The notes under the pieces were generated by a model. It was not told where the DNA came from. It saw nothing but the letters and a program-made list of their open reading frames with translations, and ran no database searches. Positions 10,618-19,696 of a stretch of 64,000 nt of DNA are shown here, piece by piece. The DNA is taken from assembly GCA_965249485.1 (NCBI GenBank), contig OZ252239.1:1536001-1600000 (forward strand). Reading direction: 5' to 3'. The translations under genes were made by a program, and so were the position numbers. The number at the start of each line of letters is the position of its first letter. The stretch's first letter is position 1. This DNA comes from a bacterium (GTDB lineage Bacteria > SM23-31).

Positions 10618-10854
10618 TGTTAAAGCCCCATGATTAATAATTTAAGATATTTGTGCAGCCAATTATCTTATCTGAGAAATTAAGGAAACGTGAATCCTTC
10701 CCGAATAGCATATTTCGTAAGTCCTGCCATAGTGTGTATGTTGAACGTTTCCATGGCAGCTTCCCGATCTTCTTTTGTAATTTCTTCTTGTTTTTGGGAT
10801 GAAAACCCAAACATTGAAAATAAACAAATCATACCCAATGTAAAACAATAAGTG

Positions 10855-10882
10855 CTCGAATGTCAAGCCTCGAATGTCAAGC
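10855..10882 (-). promoter_or_regulatory. Tandem 14-bp repeat, each copy containing TTGACA; likely promoter of the antisense moron
   Basis: CTCGAATGTCAAGC x2 on the + strand. Confidence 0.5.
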
Positions 10883-10905
10883 ATTGTTTTCATTGGCAAA
10901 CTATT

Positions 10906-10952
10906 AAACGTATGCTACTCCTACAAGCTGTAGGTGTAGCACATACGTTTTT
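10906..10952 (+). terminator. Long stem-loop followed by a T run, upstream of terS
   Basis: AAACGTATG-CTAC-CCTACA / TGTAGG-GTAG-CATACGTTT. Confidence 0.55.
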
Positions 10953-11141
10953 GCCACTTTTGTTCGTATATTCCCGTTAAACAATGTAGAATTCATCTGC
11001 CGCGTGCAGACTGAGTAAGGCGATTCTTATGAGTCGCAGCATATCTGAAATGTGTTTATGCGACCCTTAGAAGCGGGGGAGTAGACACGAGTCAACGCAA
11101 TGCAACAAGGTTGGTGCTAACATATCTTTTCCAGGACTGTA

Positions 11142-11645
11142 ATGGCAGAGAAAAAGACACAGAAGAAGAAGAAGGATACGAAGGCTGAGAAATCAAAACG
11201 AGGCCGGAAGTGTAAGTATGCTACTCACGTAAAGCCGAAAGTCAAAAGTGGTGAAATCAAGGAGTGGGCTGAGGAAGGCTTGATTGAAGCTGAAATGTGC
11301 AAACGGCTTGGTGTTTCCAGGAGTCAATTTCAGGTATATAAAAAAGATTTTTCAGACTTATCAGACTCCTTAAAAGAGGGAAAGCAGATTGCGGATTATC
11401 GGGTCGAACAGTCACTATACAGACGGGCAATGGGTTATGAGTATGAAGAAACAAAAGTTGTATTGATCGGGGAAAATAAACGGCGAATCGAGAAGACGAT
11501 CAAACAAGTGGCTGCCGATGTAACCGCTATCATATTCTGGTTGAAGAACCGGAATCCGAAAGACTGGAAAGACAAACGTGATCACGATTTTACATCAGGC
11601 GGCGAGAAGGTTACAATCAATGTAAATCTGACAGACAATGAGTAA
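11142..11645 (+). CDS. terS: Terminase small subunit
   Basis: HTH; VEQSLYRRAMGYEYEE; TAIIFWLKNR..KDWKDK. Confidence 0.88.
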   Translation: MAEKKTQKKKKDTKAEKSKRGRKCKYATHVKPKVKSGEIKEWAEEGLIEAEMCKRLGVSRSQFQVYKKDFSDLSDSLKEGKQIADYRVEQSLYRRAMGYEYEETKVVLIGENKRRIEKTIKQVAADVTAIIFWLKNRNPKDWKDKRDHDFTSGGEKVTINVNLTDNE

Positions 11646-12958
11646 TGAAAAAGTCAATAATCATACTACTACTTATATCGGTACTCTGTGCTATGGAAGT
11701 TGATCTTAACATAGACAAGAGAATCTTCAACCCGAAGTATCTGAAATTCCTTAATGATACGACACGGACACAGATATTCTTTGGCGGATCGTCAAGCGGC
11801 AAATCGGTATTCACTATCGGACAGAGGATGATCATCGATTTGATGAAGGGCGGACGCAATTATCTAGCTGCACGGAATGTTGGGAGGACGCTCCGGGATT
11901 CGGTATTTAACGAAGCGCTGCAGGGGATATCCAGACTTAAAGTAGAACACTTATTTAAAGTCAATAAGTCGGATATGACGATTACCTGTGCCAATGGGTA
12001 TCAGGCTATTCTTAAAGGGCTTGACGATGTGCAGAAGATTAAGTCGGTCAGACCGCAAAAGGGCGTAGTCACCGACATCCTATGTGAAGAAGCTACAGAG
12101 ATGTCGTATGATGATATCAAGGAGCTGACAAAACGACTCAGAGGGGAGTCTAAAGTACCGAAGCGGATCACGTTTCTCTTCAATCCTATCATGCGATCTC
12201 ACTGGATATATCAGACCTATTTCGCCGGGAAGTTCGGTGATAATGACACTTGCTATAAAGATGATAATCTCCTGATCCTCAAGACAACCTACCAAGACAA
12301 CAACTTCCTTGCAGCTGATGATGTGTACGCTCTGGAAAATGAGGAAGATGAATACTACTACAATGTCTACACGCTTGGTAATTGGGGTATAATCGGGAAG
12401 ATGGTTTTCAAAAATTGGGAGGCACAGGACTTAAGCGATCTAAAGAGCAAGCTTGAGTACTTCCGGAATGGTCTTGATTTTGGATTTACGAATGATCCGA
12501 CAGCATTTGTCAGAGCAAGTAGAAAACATAAATCTATTTATATCACCGATGAAATGTATAAGTATGGTCTAACGAATGAGATGATAGCACAAGAGATCTT
12601 GCCTATTATCAATGAAGAGCCCGTATGGTGCGATTCAGCAGAACCGAAATCGATCTACGAACTGACAACCTACGGAGTCAATGCACAGTCTGCTATGAAG
12701 GGTCCGGGATCATTGAACTTCGGGATACAGTGGCTCAAGAAGTATAACATCGTCATAGATAAGAGTTGCCAGAATACGATCAATGACTTTCAACTTTACC
12801 AGTACAAAAAGAATAAAGATGGTGAGTATTTGAATATACCGGTTGACAAAAACAACCATTCACCTGATGCACTGAGATATGGATTCAGTACAGAGATATT
12901 CGATGAAAAGAAAGAATCAGTGCCGCATAAAACAGCCGCTGAGATGGGGTTTTTCTAA
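11645..12958 (+). CDS. terL: Terminase large subunit, PBSX family
   Basis: GGSSSGKS Walker A, ILCEEATE, GLDFGFTNDP, NHSPDALRYG. Confidence 0.95.
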   Translation: MKKSIIILLLISVLCAMEVDLNIDKRIFNPKYLKFLNDTTRTQIFFGGSSSGKSVFTIGQRMIIDLMKGGRNYLAARNVGRTLRDSVFNEALQGISRLKVEHLFKVNKSDMTITCANGYQAILKGLDDVQKIKSVRPQKGVVTDILCEEATEMSYDDIKELTKRLRGESKVPKRITFLFNPIMRSHWIYQTYFAGKFGDNDTCYKDDNLLILKTTYQDNNFLAADDVYALENEEDEYYYNVYTLGNWGIIGKMVFKNWEAQDLSDLKSKLEYFRNGLDFGFTNDPTAFVRASRKHKSIYITDEMYKYGLTNEMIAQEILPIINEEPVWCDSAEPKSIYELTTYGVNAQSAMKGPGSLNFGIQWLKKYNIVIDKSCQNTINDFQLYQYKKNKDGEYLNIPVDKNNHSPDALRYGFSTEIFDEKKESVPHKTAAEMGFF

Positions 12959-13200
12959 TGGAGAAAATATTTTACTGCGTATACAGTGCGGTCAATATCA
13001 ATGAGCTGCGAATGACGGGGAATCTTCTTTATTATTCACCTGCAGGCGTCATAGACGGCATCGAGAGTCATTTAAACAAACAGGGTTTATATAATGTGAA
13101 TATCATTCACTCGGAAGAAGTTACCGAGGTGCAAGCACAGCATATAGCTAACGAGATAAGTAAATCAATCTACAGCTACACAAATGCCATCAATAACTGA
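12958..13200 (+). CDS. Hypothetical protein
   Basis: TAATG-coupled to terL. Confidence 0.5.
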   Translation: MEKIFYCVYSAVNINELRMTGNLLYYSPAGVIDGIESHLNKQGLYNVNIIHSEEVTEVQAQHIANEISKSIYSYTNAINN

Positions 13201-14584
13201 AATAATCGGATTGGGTGATGCCCAAAAAATAATTACAGCACTAACAGCCAGCGACGGTCGTGAAATCGATAAGTGGCGGAAAGAGTATGACGGCGACCAT
13301 GAGATACTGAATCTGCGCGACAAGATTGTCGGTACCGGAAGGAGCCAGAGGATTGTAAAAGTTGCAAAAGAGATTGTCACATACCAGCAGGATATTGTGG
13401 ATTTTGCTGTTGCTTTCTTGTTTGGCGCACCTGTTAATCTGGTACTGAACAGTAAAGAAAATAGTCATGAGGATGTCTATGAGCTTATAACCGAGGTCTG
13501 GAGAGGCAGAAAGCTTGATGAATTCAACCGGAAACTTGCACGGAGTCTTTTTGTCGAGACAAAGGTTGCCGAACTCTGGTTCGTTCATCCCGAGACGAAA
13601 GATATAAAAGTGATGTTGCTGAGCAACAAAACAGGTAATGAAGTGTTCGCACATTATGATGATTACGGGGATATGGATGCCTTTACCCGTAAATATTCTA
13701 CGGCGGGTGTTGCTGGTAAAAAAGTCGAGTATGTTGACGTGTATACTGCAACAGTGATATACAACTACACAAAGACATTAAGCGGGTGGGAACAAAATGA
13801 ACAGTCCAATCCCATAGGTAAGATACCTGTTGTGTACTATGATCAGGAAAAACCGGAATGGGCGAATGTACAGACTCAGATTGACAGGATTGAAACGATG
13901 CTGTCAAAGTTTTCGGATATGAATGATTATTTCGCAAGCCCGGGTTTGAAGGTGAAGGGCAAGATTGCTGATACACCGGCGAAAGAAGAAGTAGGCAAGA
14001 TGTTTGTTTTTGAGGGTATCCGGGGATCGGAAGGAAAAATAGAATATGGAGACGTAGAATATCTAACATGGAACAATTCGCCGGAAGCCCTGAAAACCGA
14101 ATTTGAAATTAAAAAAGACATCATTTATGCACAGACGAAAACACCTGATCTGAGTTTTAATAATGTGAAGGGGATATCCAACCTATCCGGAATTGCATTG
14201 AAGTTTATGTTCTTGGCGAGTGAGCTTAAAGCCAATAACAAGCAAGAGATTTTTGGTGAGGGTTTGACACGGCGAATCAACGTGTTGAAAGCAATACTGT
14301 CAAAGACTGATTATGCGAAGATTGCCACCCAGACGAATAGACCCACTGAAGAAGTGATGCATGATTTAAATATCGGTATTACGTTCAATAGTGTGCTGCC
14401 GGAAGATGAACGAGAACTTATTGAGTTGTTGAGCATTGCACGCGGCGGAGAACCGACGATGAGTAATGAAACGGCTGTTAAAAATAATAAATATGTAACA
14501 GATCCGAAAGCGGAATTGGAATCGCTTGAAAAAGAGAAACAACAGCAGTCTGCAAGTCAGATTGCAGCGAGTTTTAATCTATAA
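13184..14584 (+). CDS. Portal protein, SPP1 gp6-like
   Basis: AFLFGAPV, NPIGKIPVVYY, TPDLSF, LSGIALKFMF; position after terL. Confidence 0.92.
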   Translation: MPSITEIIGLGDAQKIITALTASDGREIDKWRKEYDGDHEILNLRDKIVGTGRSQRIVKVAKEIVTYQQDIVDFAVAFLFGAPVNLVLNSKENSHEDVYELITEVWRGRKLDEFNRKLARSLFVETKVAELWFVHPETKDIKVMLLSNKTGNEVFAHYDDYGDMDAFTRKYSTAGVAGKKVEYVDVYTATVIYNYTKTLSGWEQNEQSNPIGKIPVVYYDQEKPEWANVQTQIDRIETMLSKFSDMNDYFASPGLKVKGKIADTPAKEEVGKMFVFEGIRGSEGKIEYGDVEYLTWNNSPEALKTEFEIKKDIIYAQTKTPDLSFNNVKGISNLSGIALKFMFLASELKANNKQEIFGEGLTRRINVLKAILSKTDYAKIATQTNRPTEEVMHDLNIGITFNSVLPEDERELIELLSIARGGEPTMSNETAVKNNKYVTDPKAELESLEKEKQQQSASQIAASFNL

Positions 14585-14642
14585 AGGACGAACCACTTTT
14601 ACACTTTAGAAATAGTCATAGAGATAGTTATCTGGGTGATGT

Positions 14643-15086
14643 ATGATACTTTTATTAAAATTGTTATTCCTAATAGCCATTCAATGTTATCACTACTTTG
14701 AAGGCTGGACTGAATATAAATCGTGGGCTGGAATCAAGAAACCCGGAGTATATCATCAGAAACGTTTGTATGAGACGGGGGGGATATATGCAGCACCTCT
14801 GTTTGCTTTTTATTTGGGATTGTTTACTCCTTTCAGATGGGATGCATCAATATTTAATTATTCAATTTACCCGCTCTTATTGGGCAGCGTCATCCTCGGA
14901 CAGGCGGTATATGAGGGAGCGTTTACCATCCAGCAAGGCGGATGGAAGAATCTCTGGTATAAACCGTATCCGTATAAACTGAATTTGTACTTTAAAACTA
15001 TTGTCATCAACCGAGAAAAGTATTCACGGCAGCTGTATGCCGGTTTTTGCATAATCGGAATTATACTCATTTGGATCGGGATGTAA
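14643..15086 (+). CDS. Membrane protein
   Basis: Several hydrophobic segments. Confidence 0.65.
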   Translation: MILLLKLLFLIAIQCYHYFEGWTEYKSWAGIKKPGVYHQKRLYETGGIYAAPLFAFYLGLFTPFRWDASIFNYSIYPLLLGSVILGQAVYEGAFTIQQGGWKNLWYKPYPYKLNLYFKTIVINREKYSRQLYAGFCIIGIILIWIGM

Positions 15087-15649
15087 TGAATATGTCTGCT
15101 CCTTTTAGAAAGAGCTACATTTCAGTAGTAAAAGCAGCTGTTCATGCTGGTGGATTCAGTACACCGACGTGCATCACAAAAGAAGATTTAATTCAACAGG
15201 GAATGCTGATTATGTTGAATACTCTGAAAACATTTGATGCTAAGAAAGGTAAGAAAGTCGATTCATGGATATATCTGAAGGTGAAATATGGAATACATGA
15301 TTATCTGCGACAGATAACAAAATCCAGAACGTACAAAGGTGAGTTAGCGGTAATAAACCTGTATTTGGAAACATCACTGAATGAATCAATTAGTTGTGGA
15401 GAAGGAGGAGAGTCAACAGAGCTTATCGACCTCTTGCGTGACGATGATGAGATCCTTGAACACGCTGGTGAAGATGTTGATATGGAAAGACTATTTGCCA
15501 GTTTTGATTTGAATGATAGAGAGCGAAATTTGATTCTGCTTAGGCAGGAAGAACTGTTTAATACTCAAATAGCTCCGTTATTAAACATATCGCCATCAAG
15601 GGTATCTCAGATACATACAAGAATCAAAGATAAACTTAAAGTAGCATAA
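15086..15649 (+). CDS. Sigma-70 family sigma factor, FliA/WhiG-like
   Basis: Region 2 EDLIQQG...FDAKKG...IHDYLR; region 4 LNDRER...QIAPLLNISPSRVSQIHTR; ATG coupled (TAATG) at 15086. Confidence 0.8.
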   Translation: MNMSAPFRKSYISVVKAAVHAGGFSTPTCITKEDLIQQGMLIMLNTLKTFDAKKGKKVDSWIYLKVKYGIHDYLRQITKSRTYKGELAVINLYLETSLNESISCGEGGESTELIDLLRDDDEILEHAGEDVDMERLFASFDLNDRERNLILLRQEELFNTQIAPLLNISPSRVSQIHTRIKDKLKVA

Positions 15650-15660
15650 AGGAGTAATCA

Positions 15661-16155
15661 ATGAATTGGAAAGATGTCGGCAGTTTATTACTCGATAAAG
15701 CGCCGAAATTAGCAGTAAGGCTTATGACCGGGAAAGCGAAAACCGCAGGGAAATTGATCGCGAATTTTATTGGTGTCAAAGGAAAGCCGGATGCCGTGTA
15801 TAAAGCAATCGAAGCTAATCCGGATATCATTGTTCAACTGTCGAATAATGAAGCGGAGCTTGAACAGGCATATCTGGAGGATATCCAGCACGCACGAAGC
15901 ATATTCTCTGCTGATGGCAGGAAAGACCCGTTTCAGTATGGACTTGCCATAGTGGTGACCATAGGGACGTTCTGGATATTATATGTTCTGATGAATAATC
16001 TATTTGTCGATACGCCGAAAGAAGTTCTTGCATTGATATCGATGATCGCCGGTCAGATCGTAAACAAATTCAGCTCTGTTGTGGACTACTTCTTCGGGTC
16101 CAGCAAATCATCATCAGATAAAACTGCTTTGTTAGGATCCGTCACTGATGAATGA
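15661..16155 (+). CDS. Holin-like membrane protein
   Basis: C-terminal TM pair ending VVDYFFGSSKSS; AGGAG SD. Confidence 0.65.
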   Translation: MNWKDVGSLLLDKAPKLAVRLMTGKAKTAGKLIANFIGVKGKPDAVYKAIEANPDIIVQLSNNEAELEQAYLEDIQHARSIFSADGRKDPFQYGLAIVVTIGTFWILYVLMNNLFVDTPKEVLALISMIAGQIVNKFSSVVDYFFGSSKSSSDKTALLGSVTDE

Positions 16156-16486
16156 ATACCTCGTTGAAATACTAATTACTATTGGCGCTGCTATTGGTTT
16201 GCTCAATAACTGGTACCGAATGAAAGCTGTGATCCGGAAAGAGTTTGATGATCGGTATGTGACCGATAAGCAATTAACGAAAACAAAGGATAAGATTTAC
16301 GATTCAGCCCGGAAGAACAGAACAGAAATTACCACTGAATTTAAAGGCTGTATCGATGCTGCTGAAAAGCGGATGTGCACCAATAATAAATTGAAGTTCT
16401 ATGATATCAAAGAAGGCAACAGGATTGCAGTGAAATTGGAAGCAATGAAAGAAGATTTGGAAGAACACAAAAAACGGCTCCCATAA
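16148..16486 (+). CDS. Single-TM coiled-coil phage protein
   Basis: N-terminal TM helix followed by a charged helix. Confidence 0.6.
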   Translation: MNEYLVEILITIGAAIGLLNNWYRMKAVIRKEFDDRYVTDKQLTKTKDKIYDSARKNRTEITTEFKGCIDAAEKRMCTNNKLKFYDIKEGNRIAVKLEAMKEDLEEHKKRLP

Positions 16487-16496
16487 GGAACCTACT

Positions 16497-16688
16497 ATGA
16501 CAAATGGAAAAGTAGCATCAGAGGCAATGTGCAAAGCCCGGAATGAACAGACCAATAAGCGCATTGACGAAATGGCTGAGGATAATCTGCTGATACATAA
16601 AAAACTTGATCAGCTGATTGGTGATGTGTCGTTTATCAGGGGCAGGTTGAACGGTTTGTTGGGGGATGTGAATGCCTCTGGAAAATGA
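16497..16688 (+). CDS. Small coiled-coil phage protein
   Basis: AAGGA SD; DVSFIRGRL motif. Confidence 0.55.
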   Translation: MTNGKVASEAMCKARNEQTNKRIDEMAEDNLLIHKKLDQLIGDVSFIRGRLNGLLGDVNASGK

Positions 16689-17658
16689 GTTTGCTAAAGA
16701 AAATATAATGAGGATAGCAGCTCGCAACGAACAGCTTGAAAGGATTATACGACAAGCTTTAAAAAATGCGGCAAGGGATATCAACCAATTCAAGCTAAGA
16801 AATCCCAAGAATTTTGAAGGAAGGTTTACCTACACAAGAAACAGAGGACTTGAAAAAAGTCTCAATTCATTAATGCATGATTTGAATACAAAAATTCACA
16901 CTGGAATACAAACAGGTATAACTGATCACTGGAATCTTGCAAATATTAAAAACAAAAAACTCGAGGAGATATTTCTTAAAGGTACCGGTATTATAGCTGA
17001 ATTTGGAGATTTAAACCTACAAGCACTTGACAACTTTTTAAACCGTACCGAAAATGGACTTAATTTGTCAAAGCGAGTCTGGAGAATAACAGATGGCATA
17101 AAAGATGATCTTGAAACATATATTGGTAGCGGGATAGTCAGTGGCAAGTCAGCTGTTAGCAGAGCAAAAGATATTGAGCAATATATATCAGGAGGAGGTG
17201 TTAAATATCAAGGCAGGTTGATCAAGGCCGGTAATCGTAAATTCGAAGCTATCAGACTTGCTGCAAATGAGACAAATCTTGCTTACAGAGCGAGTGATTA
17301 TGAGAGAAGACAACAGTTACCGTTTGTGACAGGAATAACGGTTCATTTATCTGATCAGCATCCACAAGATGACATATGCAACGAGATGTATGGTGATTAT
17401 CCGAAAGGATTTATATTTACGGGATGGCACGTAAGTTGTGTTTGTTATACGACATCAAAGTTGATTAGCAAAGAGGAATTCAAAAGATATCTAAAAACTG
17501 GTGAACTAAAACCGAATACTCAGATTCAATCAATTCCGACAAGCGCAACTAAGTTTCTACAGGAAAAGGGAGATCGAATTAAGAAATTGAAGAGTCGGCC
17601 TTATTGGGTGACAGATAATTTCTCTAATAAATTAAAATTAAAAAGTAGTGTCGCCTAG
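16672..17658 (+). CDS. Minor head/head morphogenesis protein (gp7/Mu F-like)
   Basis: LSKRVW, AIRLAANETNLAYR, DDIC...GDYPK.F.FTGWHVSCVCY. Confidence 0.85.
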   Translation: MPLENEFAKENIMRIAARNEQLERIIRQALKNAARDINQFKLRNPKNFEGRFTYTRNRGLEKSLNSLMHDLNTKIHTGIQTGITDHWNLANIKNKKLEEIFLKGTGIIAEFGDLNLQALDNFLNRTENGLNLSKRVWRITDGIKDDLETYIGSGIVSGKSAVSRAKDIEQYISGGGVKYQGRLIKAGNRKFEAIRLAANETNLAYRASDYERRQQLPFVTGITVHLSDQHPQDDICNEMYGDYPKGFIFTGWHVSCVCYTTSKLISKEEFKRYLKTGELKPNTQIQSIPTSATKFLQEKGDRIKKLKSRPYWVTDNFSNKLKLKSSVA

Positions 17659-17690
17659 ATAAGTTTCAATTATTAAATCATGATCCAGTA

Positions 17691-17882
17691 ATGAAGGAAT
17701 CAAAACTTGTAGGACACAACCTAAATATAAATGCAGAAGATTTGGAAGTTTTTCAAAAAGTATATAACGTAAAATCAATAGATGATGCAATTAAGATAGT
17801 GAACAATAACCGGTCACTTTTTATTTGCCCCGAACCACTAACAATCACAGGAGGATTGAACAATGAATGCAACTCAAATTAA
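17691..17882 (+). CDS. Hypothetical protein
   Basis: Fills the gap in the head operon. Confidence 0.4.
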   Translation: MKESKLVGHNLNINAEDLEVFQKVYNVKSIDDAIKIVNNNRSLFICPEPLTITGGLNNECNSN

Positions 17883-18669
17883 GAACGCATTGAAAGCTGC
17901 GGGCTTAGACGAGGGTCTGTATGAAACCCTAAAGCTTGGAGAAAGGAGGTTTGGGAACGAAACCGAACTGAATTCGGAAATCGAGAAAATTAAAACCGAG
18001 CAGGATATCTACACCAAACTTGATAAGGCTGGTTTAGACAAGACTGCTATTGAGAATCTGATTGAGAAGAGAGCACAGAGTCAATTTGATCAGAAGATCA
18101 CGAAAGCGCTGCAGACGTCGCAGGATAATTCAGAAAAGAAAATGAACGAATTAAAACAGCAGCTTGACGAATTGCAGAAGGGGCAGCAGAACGGAAAAAC
18201 CGATGACGAACCTTCTCATCAGGATGCCTTGACAGAAGATCAGAAAACAATTTCCTCACTTAAAACGGAGATTCAGGAACTATCGAAGAAGATAGATGAT
18301 CAGAGTCAAGCCGTTCAAACTCTTTCCTCTGATAAAAAGACTGAAACGCTAAACGCTCAAAAGAAAGAAGCTCTGGTGACTGTGTTTAAGGGACATCAGG
18401 TTGATGAGAGTCATATTGAGAGCCTTATACCGTTGATTCCCGATAGTGACGAGCCGGAGTCCATTGCACAAAGCGCAGAGACGTTGAAGAGCACATACCT
18501 CGATATGCACCAGGCGGACATCAATCAAAAGATTGAGAGCGGAGAAATTCCGAAAGCGGGAACATCCGTGAATTTGTCGAACGCTGCTATCGAGGCTGCG
18601 GCCGATTCACTGAATAAAGGTGAATCGTCTCATGGACTTGCTTCAAAGCCTCTCGGTATTAGAGGATAA
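17863..18669 (+). CDS. Capsid scaffolding protein
   Basis: Charged coiled-coil protein ahead of the capsid genes; AGGAGG SD. Confidence 0.7.
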   Translation: MNATQIKNALKAAGLDEGLYETLKLGERRFGNETELNSEIEKIKTEQDIYTKLDKAGLDKTAIENLIEKRAQSQFDQKITKALQTSQDNSEKKMNELKQQLDELQKGQQNGKTDDEPSHQDALTEDQKTISSLKTEIQELSKKIDDQSQAVQTLSSDKKTETLNAQKKEALVTVFKGHQVDESHIESLIPLIPDSDEPESIAQSAETLKSTYLDMHQADINQKIESGEIPKAGTSVNLSNAAIEAAADSLNKGESSHGLASKPLGIRG

Positions 18670-18713
18670 GTAATCTCACATAGTCAATATTCATAAAAGG
18701 AGGTAATAACAAT

Positions 18714-19655
18714 ATGTTTTATGCAAAAAGAACAGATGAAACACCGGAAAAACCGGTATTTCTTGCAATTCACGAAGATAAGCCGGGCGGAATAACTATT
18801 GCGTCCGATGATCTGCCGACCACGCTTAAGACGCTTGGTGCCGGTACTACAGTCGGAAAGGACGGCGTCACGGCAGGATTGTTCCGTGTTGTGAAAACAG
18901 CTGAGGTCTATGAGACTGTAAACGGAACTTCGGTGAAAGTAAAAAAGAACCACGTCTTTATTGTCGGTGATTTTATTGCTGACGATGAGGTTTCAACTGC
19001 TATAACTGCAATCGATACGACCAACGCCCTCTATGACCTGCTTACGGTGACAACTGCAATGAATGCAACAGTCGGCGACGTACTGGTGCGTGGTCTATCG
19101 GAGGTGGCTAATGTGCAGGTTGAATCAACTGCTGTTGTTGAAGATATTGCAAGCGACACGCTCACTGCACACTGCCCGACCGGCATTAACGGGATCACGG
19201 CAACAATTTCACAGAATTCATCCGATGCCCTTTCGGTCAGTGCCGCAGGCGGTAAGCTGGTTATTAAACTGGCTGACACGACCGCGACCAAGAACACTGC
19301 GGCTCTCATTCAAGCTGCTGTTCAGGCAAAGGGCGAGGTCGGCGGGGTAAACTGGGAGCATTGGACGTTTACCGCAGGCGGCAACTGGGATACCGCTGCA
19401 ACGGGTGGAACGCTGACGACTCCGACAGATTCTACGTCGGGCGGTACGGAGTTCCTCACGTCAGGATTCATGCCGAAATACACGCCGTATGGACTGACAA
19501 AATTTACAATTGATACAGAAGATGCGGAAACGGACGGGAAGAACCTGTTTGTCGGGTGTGTCCGGAGAGGGACGGCAAAGGAAAGTCTGCTGCCGTACCC
19601 GCTTGATAGCGGTGGATATATCAAGAAAAATCTGCCGCATTTCATATTTGAATAA
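18714..19655 (+). CDS. Head decoration/head fibre protein with Thr/Ala-rich insertion
   Basis: GG.TI...LGAGT.VG...VVKTA N-terminus and ESLLPYP C-terminus; precedes the major capsid gene. Confidence 0.7.
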   Translation: MFYAKRTDETPEKPVFLAIHEDKPGGITIASDDLPTTLKTLGAGTTVGKDGVTAGLFRVVKTAEVYETVNGTSVKVKKNHVFIVGDFIADDEVSTAITAIDTTNALYDLLTVTTAMNATVGDVLVRGLSEVANVQVESTAVVEDIASDTLTAHCPTGINGITATISQNSSDALSVSAAGGKLVIKLADTTATKNTAALIQAAVQAKGEVGGVNWEHWTFTAGGNWDTAATGGTLTTPTDSTSGGTEFLTSGFMPKYTPYGLTKFTIDTEDAETDGKNLFVGCVRRGTAKESLLPYPLDSGGYIKKNLPHFIFE

Positions 19656-19696
19656 CTAATGAAAGATATACATAACAGAATGGAGGAATTAATACA

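Noticed and set aside
10663..10899. 78-aa minus-strand ORF
   Set aside because: It overlaps the promoter repeat region and has no recognisable features
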